This document shows positions 63,813 to 64,000 of a stretch of 64,000 nucleotides of DNA, piece after piece. The DNA is from Gnetum montanum. Lineage: Eukaryota; Plantae; Gnetophyta. Each line of letters opens with the position of its first letter. The stretch's first letter is position 1. Below the pieces are notes generated by a model, which saw only the letters and a program-made list of their open reading frames with translations, was not told the origin of the DNA and did not search any database. The stretch covers positions 591,706 through 655,705 of the forward strand of contig MNCI01002989.1 of assembly GCA_015680685.1 (NCBI GenBank). Reading direction: 5' to 3'. The translations under genes and the position numbers were made by a program.

Positions 63813-64000
63813 TGATGGGATGCGATATCGTAGCCCGTCGCCAGTTCTATAAATAAGAGGTAGCTTTTCCTTGTTTTCCCATCTAGATCTAGACCCTTAG
63901 CCAAACTCTAGCAGTTTTCCCATTCCAAAGTTAGAATAATTTCCATGTGCCCGCAGTAGGAGTCTCAAAGTGAATGGATCTTTATTTGAGCAATTTTGTA
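63813..64000 (+). mobile_element. Start of another Athila-family LTR (cut by window edge)
   Basis: TGATGGGATGCGATATCG..CTATAAATAAGAGGTAG..TTTCCATGTGCCCGCAGTAGGAGTC matches 43497-43730. Confidence 0.88.

Overview
AT-rich, CpG-depleted plant repetitive (heterochromatin-like) DNA made almost entirely of nested, decayed transposable elements; no intact host gene or intact ORF was found. It contains three truncated Ty3/Gypsy Athila-type elements (TGATGA..TCATCA LTRs, tRNA-Asp PBS) plus two further LTR pieces, a pol-less Ty1/Copia Sirevirus-type element, Tat/Ogre gag-protease and RT remnants, another gag remnant, a Copia pol remnant, a decayed LINE, several tandem/dispersed motif arrays and assembly artefacts. 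The most notable pattern is that different TE families each carry their own array of a CpG-containing palindromic motif, in two cases both in the LTR U3 and internally. The region also holds accessory genes: an Athila ORF with its own TATA promoter and 5'UTR intron, a 5-exon MAPK-starting gene present in two copies, and an FCP1/NIF phosphatase-like domain. Together these suggest, but do not prove, retrotransposon-encoded sequence-specific trans-activation or anti-silencing modules. All calls come from manual reading; no database searches were run, and element boundaries away from LTR termini are approximate.
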